Source: Patescibacteria group bacterium
GTDB lineage: Bacteria > Patescibacteriota > Patescibacteriia > Magasanikbacterales > GWA2-37-8
Assembly: GCA_041651015.1 (NCBI GenBank)
Contig: JBAZKA010000001.1
Location: 62,000 to 125,999 of the forward strand
Reading direction: 5' to 3'
DNA: 64,000 nt
Part shown: one piece after another, positions 1 to 8,690 of the stretch
Layout: each line of letters starts with the position of its first letter
Position numbering within the stretch: the first letter of the stretch is position 1
Position numbers and translations under genes: made by a program
The notes under the pieces: generated by a model
The model's input: the letters and a program-made list of their open reading frames with translations, nothing else
Told to the model about the DNA's origin: nothing
Databases searched by the model: none

Positions 1-20
1 GGAATTTAAAATAATTTTTT

Positions 21-1595
21 ATGGTTGAAAAGAAAATCAAACCGACAATCTTGGTTATCATGGACGGCTGGGGGTCCGCGCCAATTAAAAATCTGGGCAA
101 CCCGATTAAGCCGGATGTGGCGCCGAATTATTTTTCGTGGTTAAAAAAATATCCGACGACTTTTCTATCTGCGAGCGGCGCAGCGGTCGGACTGACCAAG
201 AACGAAGATGGAAATTCCGAAGCCGGCCATCATAACCTCGGCGCCGGACGCGTAGTCAAGCAAGACAAATTGTTCATTAACGAAGCGATCGCGGATGGAA
301 CGTTTTTTAAAAATCCGGCTTTCATGCAAGCGGTTCATCATATCAAAAAATATAAAACCGCGGCCCATGTAATGGGATTGCTATCTAATCACAATAGCGC
401 GCATTCCTGCCCCGAACATTTATACGCGCTTTTGGAATTGTTGCGTAACGAAGGAATAAAAAATATTTATTTGCATTTATTTACCGACGGACGTGATTCC
501 GGCCAGCATGATGCCCTGCATTTTTTGGGATTGTTGCGCAAAAAAATGTTGAATGGGGAAAAAATCGCCACGGTGATGGGCAGATTTTATGCTATGGATC
601 GTGGCAAAAATTGGGATCGCACCCGCCGCGCTTATGAAGCGATTGTGACGGGTAAAAGCGCCAATCGCACGGCCAAAAGCGCCGAAGAAGCTATTGCGCT
701 TGCTTACAACAGTGGTGAAACTGATGAGTTTATTTCGCCGACCGTTATTACCGGTGATGGGCGTAAACCACTTGCCACCGTGTCTGATAATGATGTGATG
801 TTTTTCTTCAATATGAGGAGCGATCGCGCCCGCGAACTTACCAAGACGTTTGTGCAAAAGAATTTTGAGCACAATGGCAACGGTACAACATTCAAACGCA
901 AATTTGTCCCCAAAAATATTCGTTTTGTCGCCATGACTGATTTTGGTCCGGACCTTCCGAGCGTACTGACCGCTTTTCCTTCACGCGATGTGGTCAATAG
1001 TTTGCCTCGCGTGCTTTGTTCGCGCCCTCAATTGTATATTGCCGAAACCGAGAAATTTGCTCATGTGACATATTTTTTTAATGGTGGTTATGGCCAGCAT
1101 TTTTGCGATGAGCGCTGGATAAAAATTGATTCCATTTCGGTTAAGAGTTATGCCGAGCGTCCCGAGATGAGCGCGTCCGTTATCACGGATATGCTGGCGA
1201 TTGTAATAAAAAAATCCGAATACGAATTTATTTGTGTGAATTACGCCAATCCGGATATGGTCGCCCACACGGGAGATTACGAGGCAACGCGCAAAGCAAT
1301 TAAAGTGGTTGACCGCGAAGTGGAACGGCTGAAAAAAATTGTGGAAAAAGTCGGCGGGCAGATGATTATCACCGCCGACCATGGCAATGCCGAAGAGTTG
1401 ATAAATATGAAAACCGGAGAAGTGGACACCGAGCATTCCACCAATCCCGTGCCGTTTATTTTAATCGGCAAAGATTATTCCAAACGCAAAATGAAATTAC
1501 GCCGAGGCGGAAAATTAGCCGATGTCGCGCCGACAATTTTAAAAATCATGAATGTTGAAAAACCAAAAGAGATGACCGGCCGGCCGTTATTCTAA
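21..1595 (+). CDS. gpmI: 2,3-bisphosphoglycerate-independent phosphoglycerate mutase (iPGM), copy 1
   Basis: 524 aa with MDGWG N-terminus, ASG catalytic-Ser region, DGRD and ADHGN metal-binding motifs typical of the iPGM/alkaline-phosphatase superfamily. Confidence 0.9.
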   Translation: MVEKKIKPTILVIMDGWGSAPIKNLGNPIKPDVAPNYFSWLKKYPTTFLSASGAAVGLTKNEDGNSEAGHHNLGAGRVVKQDKLFINEAIADGTFFKNPAFMQAVHHIKKYKTAAHVMGLLSNHNSAHSCPEHLYALLELLRNEGIKNIYLHLFTDGRDSGQHDALHFLGLLRKKMLNGEKIATVMGRFYAMDRGKNWDRTRRAYEAIVTGKSANRTAKSAEEAIALAYNSGETDEFISPTVITGDGRKPLATVSDNDVMFFFNMRSDRARELTKTFVQKNFEHNGNGTTFKRKFVPKNIRFVAMTDFGPDLPSVLTAFPSRDVVNSLPRVLCSRPQLYIAETEKFAHVTYFFNGGYGQHFCDERWIKIDSISVKSYAERPEMSASVITDMLAIVIKKSEYEFICVNYANPDMVAHTGDYEATRKAIKVVDREVERLKKIVEKVGGQMIITADHGNAEELINMKTGEVDTEHSTNPVPFILIGKDYSKRKMKLRRGGKLADVAPTILKIMNVEKPKEMTGRPLF

Positions 1596-1607
1596 TATAA
1601 AATATTT

Positions 1608-3197
1608 ATGTCATTAAAACATCGTCCCGTCGCTTTGATTATCATGGATGGCTGGGGAGTGGCGCCGGACGGCGAGGGCAATGCCATTGCCAAAGCCAAA
1701 ACCCCGCGCCTGGATGAATTCAAGAAAAATTACCCGGTCATGACCTTGACCGCTTCGGGCGCCGAGGTTGGTTTGTCGTTTGGCGAGATGGGCAATTCCG
1801 AAGTCGGGCATTTGAATATTGGCGCCGGGCGCGTCTATTATCAAACTCTGCCCCGCATTGACACTGACGTACGGAGCGGCGCTTTCCTAAACAATCCCGC
1901 GTTTTTGGCTGCGGCCGAACACGCGAAAAAAAATAAATCAAATTTGCATTTGATCGGCTTGGTTTCGGCCGGTAAGGTTCATGCCAGCGATGAACACTTA
2001 CATAAATTATTGGAGTTTGCCAAAAAAAGCGGTTTGTCCAAACAAACTTATGTTCATGCTTTTCTTGACGGACGCGATACGATTTTTAATTCCGGAAAAT
2101 ATTTTATTGAAGTATTGATTAAAAAAATGGAAGAGCTTAAAACCGGCCGGTTGGCGTCGCTGAGCGGACGGTATTGGGCTATGGACCGGGACAACCATTG
2201 GGATAGGATTGAAAAAGTTTATAATATGATGACGACGGGCGAGGCCGAGCGCACGGCGATTGACCCGCTTCAAGCGATTGACGGCGCGTATGCCAATAAA
2301 AATTATGATGAAGAATTTTTGCCCACAGTCCTAACCGATAAGAACAATAAACCGATTGTCACCATCAAAGAAAATGACGCCGTGATATTTTTTAATTTTC
2401 GTCCGGACCGGGCGCGAGAACTGACCAAGGCTTTTGTTTTGCCCGAGTTTGATAAATTTACCCGCGCGCCAATTAAAAATTTATTTTTTGCCACCATGGC
2501 CGAATTTGAAAAGGACCTGCCGGTGGACAAAATAGCTTATCCGCCCGTGGTAATCATAAACGGTTTGGCGGAAATAGTCAGCCGGGCCGGGCTTAAACAA
2601 TTTCACATCGCGGAAACCGAGAAATACGCTCATATCACTTTTTTCTTGAATGGTACACGCGAAGAACCATTTCCGGGAGAAGATAGAAAAATTATTCCTT
2701 CGCCCAAAGTTTCCTCATACGACCAACAGCCGGAAATGTCGGCGCGCGATGTGGCCAAAGAAACAATCAAAGCGATTGAGAGTGGAAGTTATGATTTTAT
2801 TGCCGTGAATTTAGCTAATTCCGACATGGTCGGGCATACCGGTAATTTGGACGCGACCATCAAAGCTTCGGAAACGGTGGACACTTGTGTTGGGGAAATC
2901 GTGGACCATGTGTTGGCCAAAGGCGGCGCTATCGTAATTACCGCCGACCACGGCAATGGTGAAGAAATAATAAATTTGCAGACCGGTGAGATGGATAAAG
3001 AACACTCCACCAATCCCGTGCCGTTATTTGTCATCAGCGCGGATTTGCTTGGTCAAGCCGGACCGGCGGGCGACCCGCCGGAAGGGGACTTGAGCTTGAT
3101 GCAACCGGTGGGAATTTTAGCCGATGTCGCCCCGACTGTTTTGAAAATGTTAGGATTAGAACAACCGCCGGAAATGTCCGGGCAGAGTTTGGTATGA
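1608..3197 (+). CDS. gpmI: iPGM paralog, copy 2 (tandem with copy 1, about 45-50 percent identical by eye)
   Basis: 529 aa; the same MDGWG, TASG, DGRD, ADHGN motifs are retained, so both copies look catalytically intact. Confidence 0.85.
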   Translation: MSLKHRPVALIIMDGWGVAPDGEGNAIAKAKTPRLDEFKKNYPVMTLTASGAEVGLSFGEMGNSEVGHLNIGAGRVYYQTLPRIDTDVRSGAFLNNPAFLAAAEHAKKNKSNLHLIGLVSAGKVHASDEHLHKLLEFAKKSGLSKQTYVHAFLDGRDTIFNSGKYFIEVLIKKMEELKTGRLASLSGRYWAMDRDNHWDRIEKVYNMMTTGEAERTAIDPLQAIDGAYANKNYDEEFLPTVLTDKNNKPIVTIKENDAVIFFNFRPDRARELTKAFVLPEFDKFTRAPIKNLFFATMAEFEKDLPVDKIAYPPVVIINGLAEIVSRAGLKQFHIAETEKYAHITFFLNGTREEPFPGEDRKIIPSPKVSSYDQQPEMSARDVAKETIKAIESGSYDFIAVNLANSDMVGHTGNLDATIKASETVDTCVGEIVDHVLAKGGAIVITADHGNGEEIINLQTGEMDKEHSTNPVPLFVISADLLGQAGPAGDPPEGDLSLMQPVGILADVAPTVLKMLGLEQPPEMSGQSLV

Positions 3198-3198
3198 C

Positions 3199-3240
3199 GC
3201 GATGCCAATATACGAATGCATACTAATTATGCGAATAAAA
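3199..3240. repeat. ~40-nt intergenic repeat GCGATGCCAATATACGAATGCATAC..AATTAT (copy 1)
   Basis: Near-identical to 8653-8690; both copies start immediately after a stop codon. Confidence 0.6.
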
Positions 3241-3272
3241 AATACTCCGAGATAATCTCGGAGTATTTTAGT
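3238..3272. terminator. Bidirectional rho-independent terminator between convergent gpmI copy 2 and the DHH-like gene
   Basis: Perfect 13-bp inverted repeat AATACTCCGAGAT/ATCTCGGAGTATT flanked by A/T runs. Confidence 0.7.
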
Positions 3273-3278
3273 ATGTGT

Positions 3279-4430
3279 TTAGATTAAATCAGAATAAGGC
3301 AAAGCATTGGTTTTAATTTTTTCCACGGCTTCATGTTCGGCGTCTCTTAATGTCAATCCGGAAATTGTAAATTGAGCCGCGAGTTTTGTCCCACGGGCTT
3401 GGAATGGGGCGGCGAGTTGCAAGGCGTCAAAGTTTTTATCCGTGGTCAGACGGCCGTGAATCAGATTAGGTTCTTTGGCGTCTTCAAATAAGACTAAAAT
3501 CATTTTAGCTTCGGGAGAATTGGCAATTAGCTCGCTGACCAAATCATCTATGTCATTTTCATTGGCGCCGGAACGGGCAAAATCATCACGGGTTAAAGTC
3601 GTCCAGACCAGTCCGGACGCGCCATTGGTTTGCAAATTGGTCAAAGCGTTGCCCCACAATCTGAGTGTGGCAATGGTTTTGGTGCGATAGAGATTATGGA
3701 CGATCTTTTCGCGGTCCGCGCCCAGATCCATCAGTTTGCCGGCCAAGGCCAGCGTCTGCGGGGTTACATTCGGAGTTTTAAAACTACGTGTGCGCGAGAT
3801 CATACCGGTGAGAATGTCTGTCGCGGTTTCGGCATCGGAATTAAAACCCAATTGTTCAAAGGTCCGATAAACAATTTCCGAGACCGAGGTGGCGGTCAAA
3901 TCCACCAAATTTAAATTGCCGAAATGTTCGTTGTTCGCGCGATTATCAATGTTCACAATCGGCGTGCGATAAAACAAATCCGTGTTGTTGAAAAACACAT
4001 TGCCCAGTGATTCCAAGTCAGTCGTGCCGACAACAAAAATCAAATCATATTTGAAACCGGTTTGCAAAGTGCGCAAATCGTTTTTGTTGACTGCGCCCTG
4101 CCGGGGGGTCAGATGAATGGACAGCCAGCCATCTTTGACGTCATAACTCAGGGTATCAATTTTTGTTTTGGAGACATCTACCTTGATGGTGAATTTGTGC
4201 AGATTGGCTAGGTCCCCACGGATGTCTTTGACGCCGTTCAAAAAGGCTAAATGCGCCGGAACAGTAAAATTATCACAAATAATTTCCGCGCGTTTGTGGC
4301 GGATGGCCAAATAATTCTTGAGAGCAATGGCTGCGGCCGCGGCATCGTCATTTTTGCCCGCGCCAAAAACCACGAGCGGGTGTTCGCTCGCTTCAATCAG
4401 TTTATTTAATTGGTCGGTTATTTCTAACAT
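3279..4430 (-). CDS. DHH/DHHA1-family phosphoesterase-like protein (NrnA-like), possibly catalytically degenerate
   Basis: 383 aa; N-terminal GAGKNDDAAAA resembles DHH motifs I/II, but the position of the DHH triad reads IDNR; the DHHA1 GGGH motif is not obvious. Confidence 0.55.
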   Translation of the reverse strand: MLEITDQLNKLIEASEHPLVVFGAGKNDDAAAAAIALKNYLAIRHKRAEIICDNFTVPAHLAFLNGVKDIRGDLANLHKFTIKVDVSKTKIDTLSYDVKDGWLSIHLTPRQGAVNKNDLRTLQTGFKYDLIFVVGTTDLESLGNVFFNNTDLFYRTPIVNIDNRANNEHFGNLNLVDLTATSVSEIVYRTFEQLGFNSDAETATDILTGMISRTRSFKTPNVTPQTLALAGKLMDLGADREKIVHNLYRTKTIATLRLWGNALTNLQTNGASGLVWTTLTRDDFARSGANENDIDDLVSELIANSPEAKMILVLFEDAKEPNLIHGRLTTDKNFDALQLAAPFQARGTKLAAQFTISGLTLRDAEHEAVEKIKTNALPYSDLI

Positions 4431-4587
4431 ATAACTGTTGATTATATCTTAATTGATGATTATTGTCAATAACCGTTTTTTGGCTGACTGTAGCCCATAT
4501 TTTGGTGTTATCCCAGTATATTTATAAATTCTTGACAGATGCCGATTCCTAAAAGGTTGCTTTTTTCGCTAATTTTCATTAAAATAT

Positions 4588-7296
4588 ATGGTAATTGACT
4601 ATAAAATTTTCACCATGAAAGAACTAGATAAGGCCTATGAGGCCAAAAAATACGAAGACGGCATTTATAAAAAATGGGAAGAGTCGGGTTTTTTTGTACC
4701 GGAAAATTTACCGGACACAAAAGGACGATATGTTAATATTTTGCCGCCGCCAAATGCGAACGGCGAAATGCATATTGGGCACGCTTCTGGTTATGTAGTG
4801 ATGGATTTGCTCGGACGTTATCATCGTATGCAAGGGGAAAAGGTTTTGCTCTTGCCGGGTAAGGACCACGCCGGTATACAATCCCAAGTGGTATATGAAA
4901 AGAAAATTAAGAAGGAGCGTGGCATTACTCGGTACGATTTAGGGCGGGAAAAATTTTACGATGAAATCTTTGCCTTTTGTAAAGACCGCGCGCAATATAT
5001 GCGCGGACAAGAAAAAAAGATTGGACTCTCTGCCGATTGGTTTCGTGAAAAATTTACCATGGATCCGGAATTAGTGAACATCGTTTTGGATACATTTGTA
5101 AAAATGTATAACGAAGTGGATGATAACGGCAATAGGATGATTTATCAAGGCGAACGGATAATCAATTGGTGTCCGCGTTGTTTTACGGCGCTCTCTGATG
5201 TGGAAGTGGAACATTCTGAACAAAAAGCGAAATTATATACTTTTAAATACGACAAAGATTTTCCGTTTTCAATTTCCACAACCAGGCCGGAAACAAAATT
5301 GGGCGACACAGCCGTGGCGGTAAATCCGAAAGATAAGCGGTATAAAAAATTTATCGGCAAAATTTTTGAGGTTGATTTTGTCGGCGTACCGCTAAAGATT
5401 AAAGTTATTGCGGATCATGAAGTTGACCAAACGTTCGGTACCGGCGCTTTGGGTGTGACCCCGGCGCATTCGGCTGTGGACTGGGAAATGGCCAGAAAAA
5501 ATGATTTGCCGATAATAAAAGTTATCAATGAAAACGGGAAAATCCATGAGGGTTTTGGCAAATTTAGTGGTATGGCGGTGGGCGAGGCACGGGAAGCGAT
5601 AGTTAATGAATTGCGCGAGAGCAAATTGCTGGAGCAAGAGGAAGACTACCCGAATAATTTGTCGGTTTGCGAACGTTGTAAAACGGCGATTGAACCGCTT
5701 GTGTCCAAGCAGTGGTTCGTGAATGTTGATCACGCGAATTTTTCTTTGAAAAATGCGGCGCGCAAAGCGATTGAAAATGACGAAATAAAAATCTACCCGG
5801 AAAGATTCAAAGATGTAATGTTAAATTGGATAGATAATGTTCGAGATTGGTGCATCTCGCGCCAAATTTGGTGGGGGCCGAGAATCCCGATATGGTACAA
5901 AGGCGAAGAAATAGTTGCGTCGGTTGATTCACCGGGTGAAGGTTGGGAACAAGACCCGAGCACGCTTGATACATGGTTTTCTTCGGGGCAATGGGCGTAT
6001 TCCACTTTGGGTTTTCCGAATGGAAACGATTTTAAAGAGTTTTATCCGAGCGATGTGATGGTGATGGGGCGCGACATCTTGCCGTTTTGGGCATTTCGTA
6101 TGATTATCATGAGTTTGTATCGCACCGGACAAGTACCATTTAAAAATTTATATTTTACCGGTTTGATCCGCGATGAAAAAGGCCAGAAGATGAGCAAATC
6201 AAAAGGCAACGGCATTGATCCAAAAGATGTAATTGATAAATACGGCACCGATGCCGTGCGCCTCTCGCTTTTGATTGGAAATTCTCCAGGCAATGATTTG
6301 AATTTAAGCGAACAAAAAATTGCCGGCTTCAGAAATTTCACGAACAAACTTTGGAACATTTCGCGCTTCATGCTTTTGAATATTGAGAATCCAAAAGAAG
6401 ATATTGCCAAACCAGTTCCAGCAACTGATTTTGATAGGTGGATATTAGTGGAATTAGATATTTTAACAGCACGCATTGATGACTCGGTAAAAAATTATAA
6501 TTTATCCTGTGCTGGGGAATCTTTGCGCCTTTTTACATGGAGCATACTGGCGGATTGGTATTTGGAGGCCGCTAAAATAGAAAAAGACAAAAGCGAAATT
6601 TTGAATTATGTTTTGAATACGATTTTAAAATTATGGCATCCATTCATGCCGTTTGTGACAGAGGCTATTTGGCAGCATATTTATGGGGAAAACGAACTTT
6701 TAATGGTTAATCACTTACCAAAAAGTCCTGTTGTTGCCAGAAATATTTATAAGGATGGTGAGGTGGTTGCGTATAATTGGGAATATCCGAATAAACGCGA
6801 CCAAAAGGAAGCGGGCGAGTTAAAGAATAACATTGGCAAATTGCAGGACATCGTCGGTACTATTCGTGTATTTAGGGCAAATGTAAATATAGAATCCGGT
6901 AAAAAAATAGATGTTTTTATTAGCGCCGGTGACCATGTGGAATTTCTAAAACGAAATGCAGAAATTATTAAAGGTTTGCGAACGGGGATTGGCGAATTAG
7001 TAATTGGAAAAGAAATTGAAAAACCGGAGAATACAGTACGTCTTTATGTGGAGGGCGTAGGGGTCTTTGTTGATACGGGTAATGCAGTCGATAACGCGCA
7101 ACGAAGAGCGAAGGTTGAAAAAGAGATTGCCATGAAAGAGCCATATATAAGGCAACTTGAACACAAATTATCAAATGAAGAATTTAAGAAGAACGCCCCC
7201 CCGGAGGTGGTTATAGGAGAGATGCGTAAATTAAACAATGCAAATGATGAGTTGGACCAGCTAAAAACCGAACTAAATTATTTGAAAAATGTATGA
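4588..7296 (+). CDS. valS: Valyl-tRNA synthetase
   Basis: 902 aa; HIGH-type motif (MHIGHASGY), KMSKSKGN motif, ValRS-like N-terminus (WEESGFF) and C-terminal coiled-coil; an alternative start at 4615 is possible. Confidence 0.92.
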   Translation: MVIDYKIFTMKELDKAYEAKKYEDGIYKKWEESGFFVPENLPDTKGRYVNILPPPNANGEMHIGHASGYVVMDLLGRYHRMQGEKVLLLPGKDHAGIQSQVVYEKKIKKERGITRYDLGREKFYDEIFAFCKDRAQYMRGQEKKIGLSADWFREKFTMDPELVNIVLDTFVKMYNEVDDNGNRMIYQGERIINWCPRCFTALSDVEVEHSEQKAKLYTFKYDKDFPFSISTTRPETKLGDTAVAVNPKDKRYKKFIGKIFEVDFVGVPLKIKVIADHEVDQTFGTGALGVTPAHSAVDWEMARKNDLPIIKVINENGKIHEGFGKFSGMAVGEAREAIVNELRESKLLEQEEDYPNNLSVCERCKTAIEPLVSKQWFVNVDHANFSLKNAARKAIENDEIKIYPERFKDVMLNWIDNVRDWCISRQIWWGPRIPIWYKGEEIVASVDSPGEGWEQDPSTLDTWFSSGQWAYSTLGFPNGNDFKEFYPSDVMVMGRDILPFWAFRMIIMSLYRTGQVPFKNLYFTGLIRDEKGQKMSKSKGNGIDPKDVIDKYGTDAVRLSLLIGNSPGNDLNLSEQKIAGFRNFTNKLWNISRFMLLNIENPKEDIAKPVPATDFDRWILVELDILTARIDDSVKNYNLSCAGESLRLFTWSILADWYLEAAKIEKDKSEILNYVLNTILKLWHPFMPFVTEAIWQHIYGENELLMVNHLPKSPVVARNIYKDGEVVAYNWEYPNKRDQKEAGELKNNIGKLQDIVGTIRVFRANVNIESGKKIDVFISAGDHVEFLKRNAEIIKGLRTGIGELVIGKEIEKPENTVRLYVEGVGVFVDTGNAVDNAQRRAKVEKEIAMKEPYIRQLEHKLSNEEFKKNAPPEVVIGEMRKLNNANDELDQLKTELNYLKNV

Positions 7297-8651
7297 AAAT
7301 AAATACCGATGCAACAAAAGTAAATGAACTCCTGACCCGCGGCGTGGAAAACGTTTATCCCACGCGCGAGTTTTTGGAAAAGCGTTTAAAGTCGGGTGAG
7401 CAGCTATCACTGTATTGCGGTTATGATCCAACCGCGCCAAGTTTGCATATCGGCCACGCCATTACCATGATGAAACTACGCCAGTTTCAGGATTTAGGGC
7501 ATCGAGTGATTATGCTCATCGGCGATTTTACCGGTCTGATCGGCGACCCGACTGATAAAACCGCGACGCGCAAACAGCAGACTCGCGAGGAAGTAGAAAA
7601 GAATTTTGCCGGTTGGAAAAAGCAAGCCGCTTCAATTTTGGATTTTGACGGAGATAATCCGGTGGAAATAAAATACAATAGCGAATGGCATAAAAAATTA
7701 TCTTTTGAGGATGTGTTAAATTTGTCATCGCATTTTACGGTTCAGCGTATGCTGGAGCGGGACATGTTTGAAAAGAGGGTGGCATTTCATTTTCTTTGCC
7801 CCATGGGACATGAGCAAGATATCAAAGAAATCGTTGATGTAAAAACATGGTTGCATAAAGGAAATTTTGGATCGACGATAAAATTTAGACAAGATATTGA
7901 TTGGGTTTTGTGTAATGCCTGTAAAAAGAAGTATGACCTTAACGATCTTCAATATATTCCGCCCAAGCCGATTTATGTACATGAATTTATGTACCCGCTC
8001 TTGCAGGGTTATGATTCGGTGGCCATGGATGTGGACGGAGAAATCGGAGGCAATGACCAGACGTTTAACATGCTCGCCGGACGCGATTTGATGAAAGATC
8101 TAAAGAATAAAGAAAAGTTTGTGTTGACGACCAAACTCCTCGCCGATACCGGCGGTAAAAAAATGAGTAAGAGCGAGGGTAATGCCATATTTCTCACCGA
8201 TACACCCGAGGAAATTTTTGGCAAAGTAATGAGTTGGACCGATGGTATGATTGCCATAGGTTTTGAACTATGTACTTGGTTGCCGATGGATGAAATTAAA
8301 AAAATTATTAAAGAGAATGATAATCCACGCGACCAAAAAGTTCGCTTGGCTTATGAAGTGGTAAAAACATTTACCAATGAAAAATCCGCTGACTCGGCCA
8401 AGGAAAATTTCATCAATCAGTTTTCCAAAAAAGAAATTCCCGAGGATATGCCCGAGGTGAAAGCCGACAATGTTATTGACGCGCTGATTGGCGCGAAGAT
8501 TTGCAAAAGTAAATCCGAAGCGCGCCAGGTGATTGACCAGGGCGGGGTAAAAATTAACGAGAAAAAAGTGGAAGCCGGCGATTATACGGCCGAGGTAAAA
8601 TCCGGCGATATTGTGCAAAAGGGGAGCCGGTGGTTCGCACGAATTAAATAG
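7293..8651 (+). CDS. tyrS: Tyrosyl-tRNA synthetase with C-terminal S4 domain and an internal Cys-containing insertion
   Basis: 452 aa; HIGH motif (LHIGHAITM), KMSKS motif, S4-like C-terminus; start overlaps the valS stop (ATGA), suggesting translational coupling. Confidence 0.9.
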   Translation: MKINTDATKVNELLTRGVENVYPTREFLEKRLKSGEQLSLYCGYDPTAPSLHIGHAITMMKLRQFQDLGHRVIMLIGDFTGLIGDPTDKTATRKQQTREEVEKNFAGWKKQAASILDFDGDNPVEIKYNSEWHKKLSFEDVLNLSSHFTVQRMLERDMFEKRVAFHFLCPMGHEQDIKEIVDVKTWLHKGNFGSTIKFRQDIDWVLCNACKKKYDLNDLQYIPPKPIYVHEFMYPLLQGYDSVAMDVDGEIGGNDQTFNMLAGRDLMKDLKNKEKFVLTTKLLADTGGKKMSKSEGNAIFLTDTPEEIFGKVMSWTDGMIAIGFELCTWLPMDEIKKIIKENDNPRDQKVRLAYEVVKTFTNEKSADSAKENFINQFSKKEIPEDMPEVKADNVIDALIGAKICKSKSEARQVIDQGGVKINEKKVEAGDYTAEVKSGDIVQKGSRWFARIK

Positions 8652-8652
8652 T

Positions 8653-8690
8653 GCGATGCCAATATACGAATGCATACGAATTATACAAAT
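8653..8690. repeat. ~40-nt intergenic repeat (copy 2), between tyrS and argS
   Basis: GCGATGCCAATATACGAATGCATAC identical to 3199-3223. Confidence 0.6.

Noticed and set aside
4530-4590. TTGACA upstream of valS as a promoter
   Set aside because: No acceptable -10 hexamer lies 16-18 bp downstream.
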